A stretch of 64,000 bases of DNA from Eledone cirrhosa (taxonomy: Eukaryota), in contig OZ024743.1 in the NCBI GenBank assembly GCA_964016885.1, forward strand, positions 350,920,001 to 350,984,000, written 5' to 3'. Position numbers and translations under genes: made by a program. Every line of letters starts with the position of its first letter. The stretch's first letter is position 1. This document shows, piece after piece, positions 1-12,440 of this stretch. Below the pieces are notes generated by a model. The model was not told where the DNA came from, searched no databases, and worked only from the letters and a program-made list of their open reading frames with translations.

Positions 1-1434
1 TGGAGGACAAACGAGACACAAAATTCATCCAGTTTGACATAGAGAGTTACTATGCTTCAATTACCTTACCGCTCCTTACGGCCGCCTTGGACTTTGCCGA
101 GACACTTGCGCCCATCACCGACCAGGAAAGAAATATCATCCTCCACGCCAGGAAGACAGTCCTACTTTTCGACAACTCCAAATGGATAAAGAGAGCTCCC
201 GACTCCCCCTTCGACGTCAGTATGGGCGCGACGGATTCGGCCGAGGTCACAGATCTTATAGTATTATTCCTACTAGTTAAACTCACCGATATGTTTTCTG
301 CATTCGGCGGTGGATTGTACCGTGATGATGGGCTCTTTACCCTTAAAGGGTACAACCCCAGTAGTACAGACCGGGTCCGTAAACAATTAATCAGCTTCTT
401 CCGCGACTGGGGATTTAAAATAACCCTACAAACGTCCCTAACCCGAGTAAACTTCCTGGACGTTACCCTTGACCCCGATAATGATCTGTATTACCCATAC
501 AGGAAACCAAACGATAACTTGCACTACATCCACCGCCGGTCAAACCATCCTAGAAACATCACCAATAACCTGGTTAAAAACATCTCCCTCCGCATATCTC
601 GTTTGTCCGCTAATGAGCAGATATTCGACGAACATGCGCCTTATTACAACCAGGCTCTCAGGCGGAGTGGCTTCCGGGGAGGAAATATCCTACTGTCCAG
701 CTTCCATTAGCGGAACCAGCAGACGACACCGCCGCTCACGCAACGTAACATGTTTCAATCCTCCCCACAATGCCGAGGTGACAACACCTATCGGAAAAAT
801 CTTCTTTAGGCTCATCGAAAAATACTTCCCACTATAACACCGTTACCACAACATAATCAACACAAATACCATCAAACACTCCTACACCACCACACCTAAC
901 TTTGCACAAAACATCGTCTCCTCTAACAACAAAAAACTCAACCCCTATGGAATAAATAACCTAGATAGCAGTGGAGAGCCGACCAGGAGGTGTAACTGTC
1001 CTGTTGGATCCATTTGCCCCCTCGACAACAGATGCAGAGATCGTAATGTGATCTACCAGTGCAACGTGAGGACGGACACCTCCAACAAAGCTTATATAGG
1101 ATTAACCGCTTGTGACTTCAAGATCCGGCTATACCAACACAGACATACTTTCCGAAACCCGGCCCGGCGTCATGCCACTACACTTTCGGGCCACATCTGG
1201 GACCTTAAAGATAACAATACAACCTATAACCTCATTTGGAGCTTACTCTCCAGAGCCAACTCTTACACGGGAGGACGCCGTCCGTGTAACTTATGCTCGG
1301 AGGAAACATTACAAATGTTGTTTTCGACGGACCAACTCCTAAACAAGAAAGACGAACTGGTAACTGCATGCAAACACAGATTGCGTAGGACTTACCTCGC
1401 CCTCAAACCCCATAATGACCGGGGGGGGGGGTAG
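1..1434 (+). pseudogene. Disrupted PLE RT/GIY-YIG ORF
   Basis: ORF track pieces 87..710, 469..837 and 1048..1434 join into one protein through a frameshift near 680 and an in-frame TAA at 835-837. Confidence 0.85.
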
Positions 1435-2494
1435 ACGGGGGCTGTAACACCCCACTTGCCGACTTTGTAATGGGTAACCCCTGCTTACAAAGGTAGACGT
1501 AAGATTTTCTTATATATTTTATATCGTTTCCTCTATATTTCGTCCTTCCCCCCCATCCCTTCCTGGTCCTTCCACCCCAGTTCTCCTTCTTTGTCGTCGT
1601 TCTTTTCACCTTCTCGCCCACCCCGAGGCAGCCCTTCGGTCCTCCGTAGCCTCAGTACCCCCATCCCACCCCCCATTCTATGATAGAATTGGCCGACTCC
1701 GCTTTTTATAGCAGATGTGCTAGACCCCAGATACTTGCTTTCTTATCTGATTGCAGCCCCATTTCCGTGATTTCTAGATTTCTTAGTGGTATCTCTGCTT
1801 TAGTTTTTCGTATATCAGTATTTACTTTTGGGGGGGGGGGGGATTCTGAATTAATTTTTCGTATTAATTTTTTCTTATATATCGTACGAGCATTTATGTA
1901 GTTTGCATTAGAATTTATGTATTGTAGCGGCACTCTTATATATCGTATTAGTATTCATTTTCGGGATCTGAATTAATATTTCGTATTAGTTTCGGGACTC
2001 TGAATTATTATTTCGTAGTAGGTTTCTTTTAGTATTTTGGCCCCCTACTTGTTAACCTGTCATTGTAAGATAGATTAGGCCGAGTACTACTAACTCATAA
2101 AATTCTTTCACTACAATCTCGTATTTAGTATCCCGCCCCACCTATTAAACTTTTCTATAGTCTAGTGAGAGATTTGATGATTGTGGTAGGGAAATAGTAA
2201 CCAGAAATTGTGTTTTTTTATATTGTTAACATTCTTATTTTTCTATATAGATTTACTCCATATAGATCTACTTTTTGTTTCGACCCCCCCCCCCCCTCTT
2301 GACCTCTTATCCTTAGGATTCTGCTGTAGTCGTCACTTTCAACGCACGACCGGGTTTACTCCACTCCCTCTTTCTTCTACTGGCAAGTTCAGATACCCCT
2401 TCCTTCCACAAAATGCCATGATAGAATTATGTGTCTCAACAACAAACTTTTGACCAATCCTTGTGACAATCACTTTTACCATATATGGAATATT

Positions 2495-2590
2495 ACCCCC
2501 TGAGAAACTCGGCTATTCATTTACCAGGATAAAAATGTTCATTTAGTCCAGAATTAGCCGTCGAAACGGCTTGAGCTCAGCCGTCGGGGT
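2495..2590 (+). ncRNA. Type I hammerhead ribozyme motif with mutated core (CTGAGAA), in the PLE 3' region
   Basis: Stem I ACCCC/GGGGT; CTGAGAA at 2500-2506; helix II CGGCTA-TTC...GAATTAGCCG; GAAA at 2563; stem III CGGCT..AGCCG; GTC cleavage triplet at 2583-2585. Confidence 0.72.
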
Positions 2591-2953
2591 CCTAATCGTT
2601 CCCTATATATATATATATATATATATATCACAAAGGTAAATTGCTTCGTAACTGAAGAGTTATGCCGATAATATTTTGAGCTCAATGTAAATCCACAATC
2701 AGCAATAGAAGACGAAGTTTTTATTATATGGATAATCCGTAAAAGTAGTTAAGCGTTATTCTTCATGTAAGTCAATCCGACCAGCAGCATTAATGTGGTG
2801 TACAGAGTACAAATAATACTGCGAAAAGTAGCGAAGATGAAATTTTTTATTTTATTCATGACATATGGTTCTACAAAAATAAACAAAAGAAGAAAAATGA
2901 AGAAAAAAATGAAGTAAAAAAAAAACGTCCTTGCCCAATGTCCGTTAATAATA

Positions 2954-2991
2954 CTAGCAGAAAAACCACCCTTCGGGTGTTTTTCTGCTAG
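2954..2991. repeat. Short near-perfect hairpin with CTAG at both ends, resembling a Helitron 3' end
   Basis: CTAGCAGAAAAACCACCC-TTC-GGGTGTTTTTCTGCTAG. Confidence 0.55.
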
Positions 2992-3347
2992 CATATGTAG
3001 TGTGTATATTGATATTATACGCAAGTATATATACATGTAGATATGATACATCAAATAAAATCGTAATTGACAATATATAATACATAGAAATTGAACGAAG
3101 ACTGCGTTACACTGTCTTATGTAATCAGTAACGTAATCCATGATACATAAAAAAAGACGATATTATATATAAACTGCATTAGGAGAAAATTAGCCACAGA
3201 AAATTAATATGTTTATTTAAGCGATGGCCAACCGGAAGTGTTGACATTTGAACATTGTAAAGAAGTGAATCTTTAGATAAATAATAAAATATATTTAATG
3301 AACAGCCACGAAATTATGTAATATTCATTCATTATTTATTCAAAGTA

Positions 3348-3536
3348 GGGCGGTGGATTGGCAGTATCGGTAGAGGGTCGGACGCCATGCTTTCCAGTAT
3401 AGTTACGTGCCTTTACGATCTGAGTTCAAATCCCGCCGAGGTTGACTTTGCCTTTCATCCTTACGGGGTCGATAGAATAAAGTACCAGTAATGCACTGGG
3501 TAATTGCTGGCCTTGTGCCAAAAAGTAGAAACAATT
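3348..3536 (+). mobile_element. tRNA-derived SINE (family 1), full length with 17-bp target-site duplication
   Basis: A box TGGCAGTATCGGTAG; B box GAGTTCAAATCCC; central GCCTTTCATCCTTACGGGGTCGAT; TSD ATTATTTATTCAAAGTA at 3331-3347 and 3534-3550. Confidence 0.92.
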
Positions 3537-4045
3537 ATTTATTCAAAGTAATCCAACTTATTTTACTAATAGGATAAAAAATTATAAACCGTACGCAGTC
3601 TCGCGCTCCTTACTTTATTATAGTTTAGATATATAATTGGTATATTTATATATTATAACCTGATCATTGTCTCAAGGATTTAAGTATTTATGATTGATTT
3701 TGTTTATTGTTGTGTCGACCCAGAAGAATGAAATGATCAAGGAAGCGACGCGCTTACACTGAGACATTTCAATAACAATAGCATGGTCGTTATAGCTAGT
3801 GTCAGTGTAAGGTAATCGCTTTATTGTTCATTCAAGTATTCTCCAACGAAACAAATATGTACAAAATTAATGACTAATCCTTCAGTCAATGATCACATTA
3901 TATAATATATAATATTATATATCAATTATATATATTAATAATGGATCTTGAGCAAGGTTGTTTTTACTATCTTTTCTTTGTAAAAATATATGTTAGAATA
4001 AAATGATTTGATTTCCACCTTTGTATTTTCTTGCATTATATATAT

Positions 4046-4162
4046 AATTGTTTCTACTTTTGACACAAGGCCAGCAATTATACCAGTGCATTACTGGTTC
4101 TTTATTTTATCGACCCCGTAAGGATGAAAGGCAAAGTTAGCCTCGGCGGGATTTGAACTCAG
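4046..4162 (-). mobile_element. SINE family 1, 5'-truncated
   Basis: Reverse complement of the 3' two-thirds of 3348-3536. Confidence 0.85.
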
Positions 4163-4321
4163 ACAATGAGATCTATATATAAGCGAGGTTAAATAGAATA
4201 CTTTTTTGTTTGTACTCTACTCTCATAATGAGAGTTTTTTCTCACAAAGAAGCAATATATACCATTGCTTCTCTGAGAGATTTCTCTCATTGAGATGTTT
4301 AAGTATTAATTAACCTTTAAT

Positions 4322-4368
<47 letters not shown>

Positions 4369-4370
<2 letters not shown>

Positions 4371-4445
4371 TTATTCCGGGTTGAATCGGAGGTAACCACA
4401 CTAAGTAAGGTACTCAATGAGACAGTTCTAGTCCTGTAGAAGCTC

Positions 4446-4449
<4 letters not shown>
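4369..4449. mobile_element. Rearranged relic of a PLE pLTR end (same family as 26415-26577) between (TA)n runs
   Basis: 4369-4418 is the reverse complement of about 26527-26577, joined to forward ACAGTTCTAGTCCTGTAGAAGC, the HHR 3' half seen near 26470-26495. Confidence 0.7.
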
Positions 4450-4483
<34 letters not shown>

Positions 4484-4485
<2 letters not shown>

Positions 4486-4681
4486 CGAAGGAAATGTGGT
4501 AAGGAACCAGGTGGACCATAACGCACCAAAGTACTCAATACTTAGGGTAGTAGAGTGGGTAATAAGAACGAGTCGGACCCCGACGGCTGAGCTCAAGCCG
4601 TTTGGACGGCTAATTCTGGACTAAAAGTCCAGAATTAGCCGTCGAAACGGCTTGAGCTCAGCCGTCGGGGTCCTACTCGTT

Positions 4682-4683
<2 letters not shown>
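4484..4683. mobile_element. Fold-back relic of the PLE at 1-2603; palindrome at about 4566-4682 built from the HHR 3' half
   Basis: GAACGAGTCGGACCCCGACGGCTGAGCTCAAGCCGTTTGGACGGCTAATTCTGGACT-AAA-AGTCCAGAATTAGCCGTCGAAACGGCTTGAGCTCAGCCGTCGGGGTCCTACTCGTTC; right arm matches about 2545-2601; flanked by (TA)n. Confidence 0.85.
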
Positions 4684-4720
<37 letters not shown>

Positions 4721-4737
4721 GTGTGTGTATGTGCGCG

Positions 4738-4819
<82 letters not shown>

Positions 4820-6027
4820 GCGTTGGCTGTGCATGTGTGTGGTTATGTATTCCCGTAGCTGGTTCTGTCCACATTTTTCCAAATTTTGTCATGCTTGTAA
4901 GTCCATCATTTATGCGTATAATGTATACATTAAAATGATATTGACAATTTATATATATATATTTATGTGTTTGTGCGTGTCTGTGTGTGTGTTTCCATCT
5001 AAATCACAACTTCAGCGGATTTACGGTACTACAACAATGATAAAATCAATAACAACAGCAACAGCAACTACTACAACAAAAAACGACAGCAACATAAAGA
5101 ATATGAAACCAGTTAATAGTATTTTATGAATGATAATCAGAGATCAGTGTTTAAGGATAATATCACAGACACAGGCTGTCATTGATCGAACTGTGCCACA
5201 TCAAACCGTGTATCTATCGATTGTGAGTAATAGAGATGCTGAAGATAATAGAGTGTCAAACTAAATACAATGCAGTATTTTATTATGTTGACCTCAGTTT
5301 CCGGTGCAAAATCTGGTTTTTGCCGAATTCAGTTTTCAACAGTTCGTGTTGGAAGGAAATAGAATATGTAACAGTAATATATTGCGTTGTATAATCAACA
5401 ATAATACTCGTCAAATTGGCCGAATCGTAGTGGGACGAATTGGCAGGCACGTTAAAGCTTTGAATTAAATGCCTTGTGGAATTGTTTAAAGCTCTTCCCT
5501 CTCTGAGTTCAAATAACGCCAAGGTCAATTTTCCTTGTCATCATTTCAATAAGTTATCAGTTTAGGACGATGGATTGGTGGAATTGTTGAACAGGATACC
5601 TTGCGGCATGTTCCGGTTCTATGCGATCAGAATTCAAATCCCGTATCTCATCACCATAAAATGTTGATATAATAGGACTGTGTCCTCTATTATTAATGTA
5701 CCCCCCCCCCCAAAAAAAAAATAAAATCCAATGAAATACAACTTCGGGGATGCCTAACTAAGCCTACAATGAACTGTGCCATAAAACAACAATACTTGCC
5801 CAATTGAAAAATGCACTTTTTGTTGTTAATTGTAATATGTAGTCTGGTTTAATACAACAATATGACCCAGAGGAAACTCTAGCAAAATACCCCCCCCCCC
5901 CCACCTGTCTCTCTCTGTTGCAGTAATGCGAGTCAAGTCTCCGGAATGATGACAATAGTCTTTTCTTCTCAAATAAGTCTCGTAATCCCTAAATAGATAA
6001 TGCGCGCAACGCTTCTTTTCCGACAAA

Positions 6028-6102
<75 letters not shown>

Positions 6103-6399
6103 TATATATATATATATATTACGTTTTTGTATTTGTTTTGAAAGATTCTTGATGTGAATTCATGTGTTGAAATAAATATTGTCAGTCTTTAGGAGGGTCA
6201 TACTGCTAATGACAGAATACGAACCAGTTGAATTTCACTTCAGTGTATTAGTTGAGTAACGAATCCATTCATTGGTCTGTTTAGTAACTGGGTGATTGTT
6301 TAATTGTTAGTTATCCAAGTCTTTCGTTACACATCCTGTCACCTCTGTGTGTGTTGTGTGTGTGTGTGTACATATATATACATACATATATATATGTAG

Positions 6400-6510
6400 T
6401 GAAGGCGTGTGGCTAAGTGGTTAGAGATTTGGATTCGCAATCGTGAGTTCGATTCACGGACCGGGTAATGCATTATGTCCTTGAGCAAGACACTTTATTT
6501 CACGTTGCCC
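6400..6510 (+). mobile_element. Second tRNA-head SINE type with a CORE-like segment, partial
   Basis: TGGCTAAGTGGTTAG (A box), GAGTTCGATTC (B box), GTCCTTGAGCAAGACACTT; a related decayed copy lies near 32940-33060. Confidence 0.6.
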
Positions 6511-6539
6511 CTTCTACCTGGAGTTGCGACCGATTGATA

Positions 6540-6727
6540 AATTTTTTTTCTACATTTGGCACAAGGCCAGCAATTATCTCAGTGTATTACTGGTGCTTTA
6601 TTTTATCGACCCCGTAAGGATGAAAGGCAAAGTTAACCTCGGCGCGTTTTGAACTCAGACCATGAAGGGCCGTAACTCTTTGCTGCAAAGCATTGCGTCA
6701 GACCCGCTACCGATACTGACAATCCGA
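6540..6727 (-). mobile_element. SINE family 1
   Basis: Near full-length reverse complement of 3348-3536. Confidence 0.85.
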
Positions 6728-6822
6728 TAGATAATATTAGCAATTGGAAAGACCAATGGAAACATTGTTTCCTCGGTCTGATTTGACGAAAGGCGATCTC
6801 TCTCTCTATATATATAGATATG

Positions 6823-6859
<37 letters not shown>

Positions 6860-7358
6860 TATCATTGATACTATTGAAAGAAATGGCAGTGAGGGACTCT
6901 AGGTCGAGTCAAGTTTAATTTAGTCTTATATTGAGTTTCGTTTCTGGAAACTACGATTTCACATCTCACTGAAGTTGACTTTTTCTTGTGATCGATAAAT
7001 AAAGTTTTGATGTAATACAAGTTGTTCGAGTCAGACTTATTTATACTGTCAGCTTCACTCAATATACAATGTCATCTGTATCTTTAGTAAATCTCTCTTT
7101 GAATCCCTACATGAACATTGGTGTTCTCTCCCACACTCTCTTTCTCTTTCCCCCTCTCTCCCCTATTTCCCCTTATCTCTCTATCTTTCCCCCTCACTCC
7201 TCTGCTTCCCCCTCTGTCTTTTGGTTCCTTGCCAAGAGAAACTTATCAGAATACCGCTTCTCGACCAAGATGCTTCTATATGTAGCGCTCCTGCAGATAA
7301 AGACAACATATTCGCTACTTAATTTGCTATCAATTTCCAACTGCACCCTATGCACACA

Positions 7359-7451
<93 letters not shown>

Positions 7452-8536
7452 CTCCTTTGAAGAAAGTTCTCAACGACTTCTCCACCATCGACAAGTGATT
7501 GTTTCAACCCAATAGAATAACAATCCCTAGTATTGTATGATTTCTACCACCCAGCTTCCAAAACATCTATCAAAATACGCCATTTTCATAACGTCCATAT
7601 ATTTGACCTTGACAACTGCTCTCCAGATTACCTCCCTCTCAACATGACACATATGATATGGACAATCATAAAAACACCTCTTTTATGAGCAAGCAAGATA
7701 TCGTCTCCGTTCTCGTTCGATGGTAAGAAATCGCAGATGAATCATCCTTAAATAAAACTCTCCTGTGGTTAAGAAGTTCGCTTTGCAATCATGATGTCGC
7801 TGAAATCTTAGGCAAATGTCTTTACCATACCACAGCCTCGAGTCAACCCAAGTCATATGAGAGAAACTGGGTGAACGGCAACTGCGTAGATGTCATTCGG
7901 GTGGATTGTGCATGCATTGTCAGATATTTTGTCATGCTGATTCGGTTTGGGAGTTACGTTACGAGTACACGTGTCTGTGCAATACTGAACTACTTAAACG
8001 TTTATTCATGAGTCGAACAATTGAATGCTCATCATCAAAACCGATAAAAGATCCATCACAGTCTATAAAAATAAAAGGGCTCTTTGGATTACGTAGTCCA
8101 TCTCCTGTAAATTAAGTCGGAGTAGCCATGGCTGGAATATCTTTTATTCTACCTATGTTCTGCATGTGACCACATAAGTGCAACACACATCTTTACCACC
8201 GTATCATTCCATGTGACACAACGTTTCATCGAAACGACCTTTAATAGATTACAACTTTTTATCGAAATTACTTCTCAGTCATTTATTCACTCACTACATT
8301 TCAATGTCTCCATACCACCTTTGACTTCTGTACACACAACGTAGGCTATTTAAACTATGCAAGATTCATCAATAAAATCCTTGAATCCGTCTTCCAATAA
8401 GTAAAAGACAATTTTTTGTCCAACAGGTACAACAAAAGTAAACAGCATTGCATTTATATTTACTACGCCTAGACGTCACTACAAATGGTAGATGTTTGTA
8501 TATGTGATAATCTTTTCATGTCGACTTCGCATATAT

Positions 8537-8903
8537 AATTGTTTCTATTTTAGGCACAAGGCCAGCAATTACCCAGTGCATTACTGGTACTTTATTTTAT
8601 CGACCCCGTAAGGATGAAAGGCAAAGTTAACCTCGGCGAGATTTGAACTCAGATCATAAAGGGACGTAACTCTATGCTTCAAAGCATGGTGTCCGACTCT
8701 CTACCGATACTGCCAATCCACCACCAACTTGGCATATATAATTGTTTCTACGTTAGGCACAAGGTCAGCAATTACCCAGTGCATTACTGGTACTTTATTT
8801 TATCGACCCCGTAAGGATGAAAGGCAAAGTTAACCTCGGCGGGATTTGAACTCAGAATGGCAAGGGCCGTAACTCTATACGTCAAAGCATGGCGTCCGAC
8901 CCT
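8537..8903 (-). mobile_element. Two tandem SINE family 1 copies (about 8537-8725 and 8740-8903)
   Basis: Two head-to-tail reverse-complement matches, each preceded by GCATATATAATTG. Confidence 0.88.
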
Positions 8904-9068
8904 ATATATAATTGTTTCTACTTTAGGCATATAATGAATGCCAAAACTATTTCAAACATTAAAATCCCTTTTTAAAGCCACTAAATATTTCAGTTTTTAT
9001 ATGGTGATCCTCTACAAAATTCAAGAGCGTCACACAGATTATTGCTCACGTATATAAAACGATGCAGA

Positions 9069-9069
<1 letters not shown>

Positions 9070-9132
<63 letters not shown>

Positions 9133-9242
9133 ACTACTGCTGCTGCTACTGCTGCTGCTGCTACTACTACTAATACTACTACTACTGCTGCTGATGCTGA
9201 TGCTGCTGCTGCTACTATTACTACTTTTGCTGTTGCTACTGT
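9070..9242. repeat. (CTA)n/(CTG)n trinucleotide microsatellite
   Basis: Read directly from the sequence. Confidence 0.95.
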
Positions 9243-10659
9243 CGTTACCAATGTAGAATGGATTTGATTATAGAGTAAGAAGTCTCTTGCTATTTAGAGT
9301 AAATCTGGAAAGGTTAAACAATCTTGCCAGTCTTATTTACTCGTTGCCATCGTGCCTCTGTTTATAGATCTGGTAGACAATTGGTCTCTGTCGTGTATAT
9401 AATTTCTTTCTCAATATCTAAAACCAATTGAAAACACTGAAAAACTGGTTGAAAATGTCATGAGTTGATATTTTCTTCAACAGCCAAAGAATAAATAGCA
9501 AATATTTCTTAATATCAATTCACAATAAAACAAAATGGCGAATACTAAATATACAGGCCTGATTTAACGGTCAAGTGAGTAATACAATATCAAAAGGAAA
9601 GAAGAAAACAAGACTATAGATCAAAAGACATATAAGTTTGATATTTGATAGAATCGCTAAATTATCAATCTTATTTCAAAACTATATAGGTACTACTTCA
9701 AAATGCCTTGAAAATCTTCAGCAGTTATTATGGGCAGAGATTACGTATTTATGAATACACTCAAACATCTCGTGCTGTCAATTAAGGTTTTTTTCCTCGA
9801 AATCGTGTCCGATTTGATAGATTTAAATTGTTTTTGTACTTTCTCCAGGGCTATATATATTGTTGCACTACTTGGTTTGCAGTGTATCAAGGACAATAGA
9901 TTGCCATAGTACATGCTGTGACAATGACCAAAAACACGCAATTCAATCAGGCTTATTCGGTTACTTGTAAGTATGAACGATATGAACATACCGCTCAACG
10001 ATATAGCACGGTATAATTAGAAATTCGTTAGTGTAGCGCATTAAACTGAAACTGAAACTATCTTGTCCTGTTTAGAGAAGACAAATAGACGCAACTCCCG
10101 TTTAATCTCCACTTAGTTTGCTTTTGTTATTATTGGTTAATCCCAGGTTAATTCAGTCTGATCGAATTAACTAACATTCAAGGCTTTCCAGCAGTGACTA
10201 CCTAATACTTTTTCCAGAGTTCATCCAGGACAGCATTATGGGATATGTATTTCTCTTTTAAGGCAGTAAGTCATAATTCGAGGGTCATTTGGCTGCTGAT
10301 TCTAGCAGTTATAAGGACAGCGTAGACGCATCTGTGTTGTATAGTGAACTATAGTTTGGAGTGTATAACGATAGATATAGTTTGGTGCGCAGAGGTAAGT
10401 ACAATTTGGTGTGTATTATGGCGTATATAGTTTCGTGTGTATAGTCAAATATAGTTAGTGTGTATAATGGCGTAAAACTGGATGAAGTATAGTTTGCTAT
10501 GTAGAGCGGCATATAGTTTCATGTGACTAAAAGAGATCAAAATTGTTCTTACATAAATATTCTGCATAATAAACAGGAAGAAATAAAATAAATTGTGCTT
10601 AATATTAACTTTTGTCCAGTTTAGTCATATAAATATACATAATTTTATTTATTACACAC

Positions 10660-11165
10660 ACCAGGTCCGAACACAGAGGAACTAAACTCCCACTGACATC
10701 GCCTCCATCTCTCCCGCCCTCCCATATTTCACTATTATGAGCAAATGGGGTCCCGCGCACTGTCCGCAGGGTGGACAGAATAGAGAGAAGGCGTTTCCCC
10801 GGAGGATGGTGAGGGAGATGTGGTGGAAAAACCATTCCATCTCGCGAGACACACACCTGCGGCTAGCCAGCTCTGCGCCGATGGTGGTGAGTAGGGAGGT
10901 GGCTCTAAGTCCAAGGACACTAGAAGTCTCCACTGCTACGGGCTCGACCACAAGCTTTCGGGGAGCGACAGATACTTGGAGAGTTTACCCTTCTCGGCCC
11001 GAAGTGCAGCAGAGCCTGGGTTAGTCCCAGACTGCACCAGGTTGCCGCTGGAAAATGTGTCGCTGCATGTGGCATCCCAGACGAGGGTTTTACCACCGCG
11101 GAACAGGTCATTCCGTCGGACCATTTGCTGTCCCCTCGGTCCAGCCCCACCGGCTCGAGCTGGGA
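10660..11165 (-). mobile_element. 3' fragment of a CRE-type non-LTR retrotransposon (restriction-like endonuclease domain), frameshifted
   Basis: Minus-strand frames give EPVGLDRGDSKWSDGMT / GKTLVWDATCSDTF...GSAALRAEKGKLSKYLSL / PVAVETSSVLG...ISLTILRGNA, matching the CRE RLE pattern PDG..LVWDxTC..AE..K..KY..ETLG..QRGNA. Confidence 0.8.
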
Positions 11166-11225
11166 GGTAAAGAAAATTAAATAATTGGTACGTATATAGT
11201 GACGTATAGTTTGGTGTATATACAG

Positions 11226-11414
11226 TTGTTTCTACTTTTGGCACAAGGCCAGCAATTAACCCAGTGTATTACTGGTACTTTATTTTATCGACCCCGTAAG
11301 GATGAAAGGCAAAGTTAACCTCGGCGGGATTTTAACTCAAAATGGCAAGGGCCGTAACTCTATGCGTCAAAGCATGGCGCCCGACCCTCTACCGATACTG
11401 CCAATCCACCGCCC
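11226..11414 (-). mobile_element. SINE family 1 inserted in the minisatellite
   Basis: Full-length reverse-complement match. Confidence 0.9.
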
Positions 11415-12016
11415 AGTTTGGTGTATATATAGTGACGTATAGTTTGGTGTGTATATAGAGATGTATAGTTTGGTGTATATAGTGATGTATAGTTTGGTGT
11501 GTATATAGTAATGTATAGTTTGGTGTATATAGTGATGTATAGTTTGGTGTGTATATAGTAATGTATAGTTTGGTGTATATAGTGATGTATAGTTTGGTGT
11601 ATATAGTGATGTATAGTTTGGTGTGTATATAGTAATGTATAGTTTGGTGTATATAGTGATGTATAGTTTGGTGTGTATATAGTAATGTATAGTTTGGTGT
11701 ATATAGTGATGTATAGTTTGGTGTATATAGTGATGTATAGTTTGGTGTGTATATAGTAATGTATAGTTTGGTGTATATAGTGATGTATAGTTTGGTGTGT
11801 ATATAGTAATGTATAGTTTGGTGTATATAGTGATGTATAGTTTGGTGTATATAGTGATGTATAGTTTGGTGTGTATATAGTAATGTATAGTTTGGTGTAT
11901 ATAGTGATGTATAGGGTATATATAGTGATGTACAGTTTGGTGCGTATATAGTAACGTATAGTTTGGTGTGTATATAGTGATGTATAGCTTGGTGTGTATA
12001 TAGTAACGTATAGTTT
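11415..12016. repeat. Minisatellite with mixed 24-bp (TATAGTTTGGTGTATATAGTGATG) and 26-bp (TATAGTTTGGTGTGTATATAGTAATG) units; decayed units at about 10335-10520, 11190-11222 and 12465-12780
   Basis: Tandem units read directly; they account for ORF 11367..12032. Confidence 0.93.
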
Positions 12017-12440
12017 GTCCTGGGTATGACATTAAACTAAATCCAGTGGCAAGGTTCCAGTTCGGGAGTTCAGGAGCTGTAGGGAATGTGGAGTTACTTA
12101 CCCCTTAGTTGTTATCACTCCCAGGTCTGCTCTGGCAAGAAGTAGTAGTACCTGTAAGGGCCCCATTTATGGGTTAAATAATTACCTTATTCGAGTGGCG
12201 CCGGTAAGGTATTATCAGCCATTGAAAAGAACCATGGAGAGTGAATTTAACAGCTCTAGGGTTAGAGCCCCTAACTACACTGTCAAGGAGCAGTATGGTC
12301 GTTATGACTCTGCTGGTTTAGAACCACAAGGAGGGCCAGTGGATGATGGATCAGCTGTCTCTGAGACAAATATAAAGAATGCAGTTTTGTCCTGCAGAAG
12401 AGCCATTAAAATGGGCACTCTGAATGTGAGGATCTCGGGA
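12017..12440 (+). mobile_element. 5' fragment of an RTE-like LINE (5' UTR plus start of the APE endonuclease)
   Basis: ORF from ATG 12235 reaches IKMGTLNVR (first APE motif) and is then truncated; it interrupts the minisatellite. Confidence 0.6.

Larger units (their letters stand above)
1..2603 (+). mobile_element. Penelope-like element (PLE), probably Hydra-type; RT plus C-terminal GIY-YIG, 3' UTR/pLTR with a hammerhead motif, ending at (TA)n; 5' end outside the window
   Basis: RT motifs QFDIESYY, FDVSMGATDSAEV, GGLYRDDGL, NFLDVTLD and HRRSNHP; CxC-x5-C-x5-C linker (CNCPVGSICPLDNRC, from 991); GIY-YIG VIYQC...AYIG; C-terminal CNLC..EE..LLNKKDEL..CKH; (TA)n at 2604. Confidence 0.88.

Noticed and set aside
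835-837. Selenocysteine-type readthrough in PLE ORFs, as known for some Naiad PLEs
   Set aside because: This stop is TAA and the ORFs also carry frameshifts, consistent with decay; domain order is RT then endonuclease, not Naiad-like.
3348-3440. tRNA gene
   Set aside because: The A and B boxes belong to a multi-copy SINE head with TSDs; no cloverleaf could be formed.
4205-4300. Imperfect nested hairpin (AGAAGCAAT...ATTGCTTCT)
   Set aside because: No ribozyme core or second copy in the window, so it cannot be assigned.
11367-12032. 221-aa repeat ORF, or a CRISPR-like array
   Set aside because: It is a tandem minisatellite with no unique spacers, no cas genes and a eukaryotic context.
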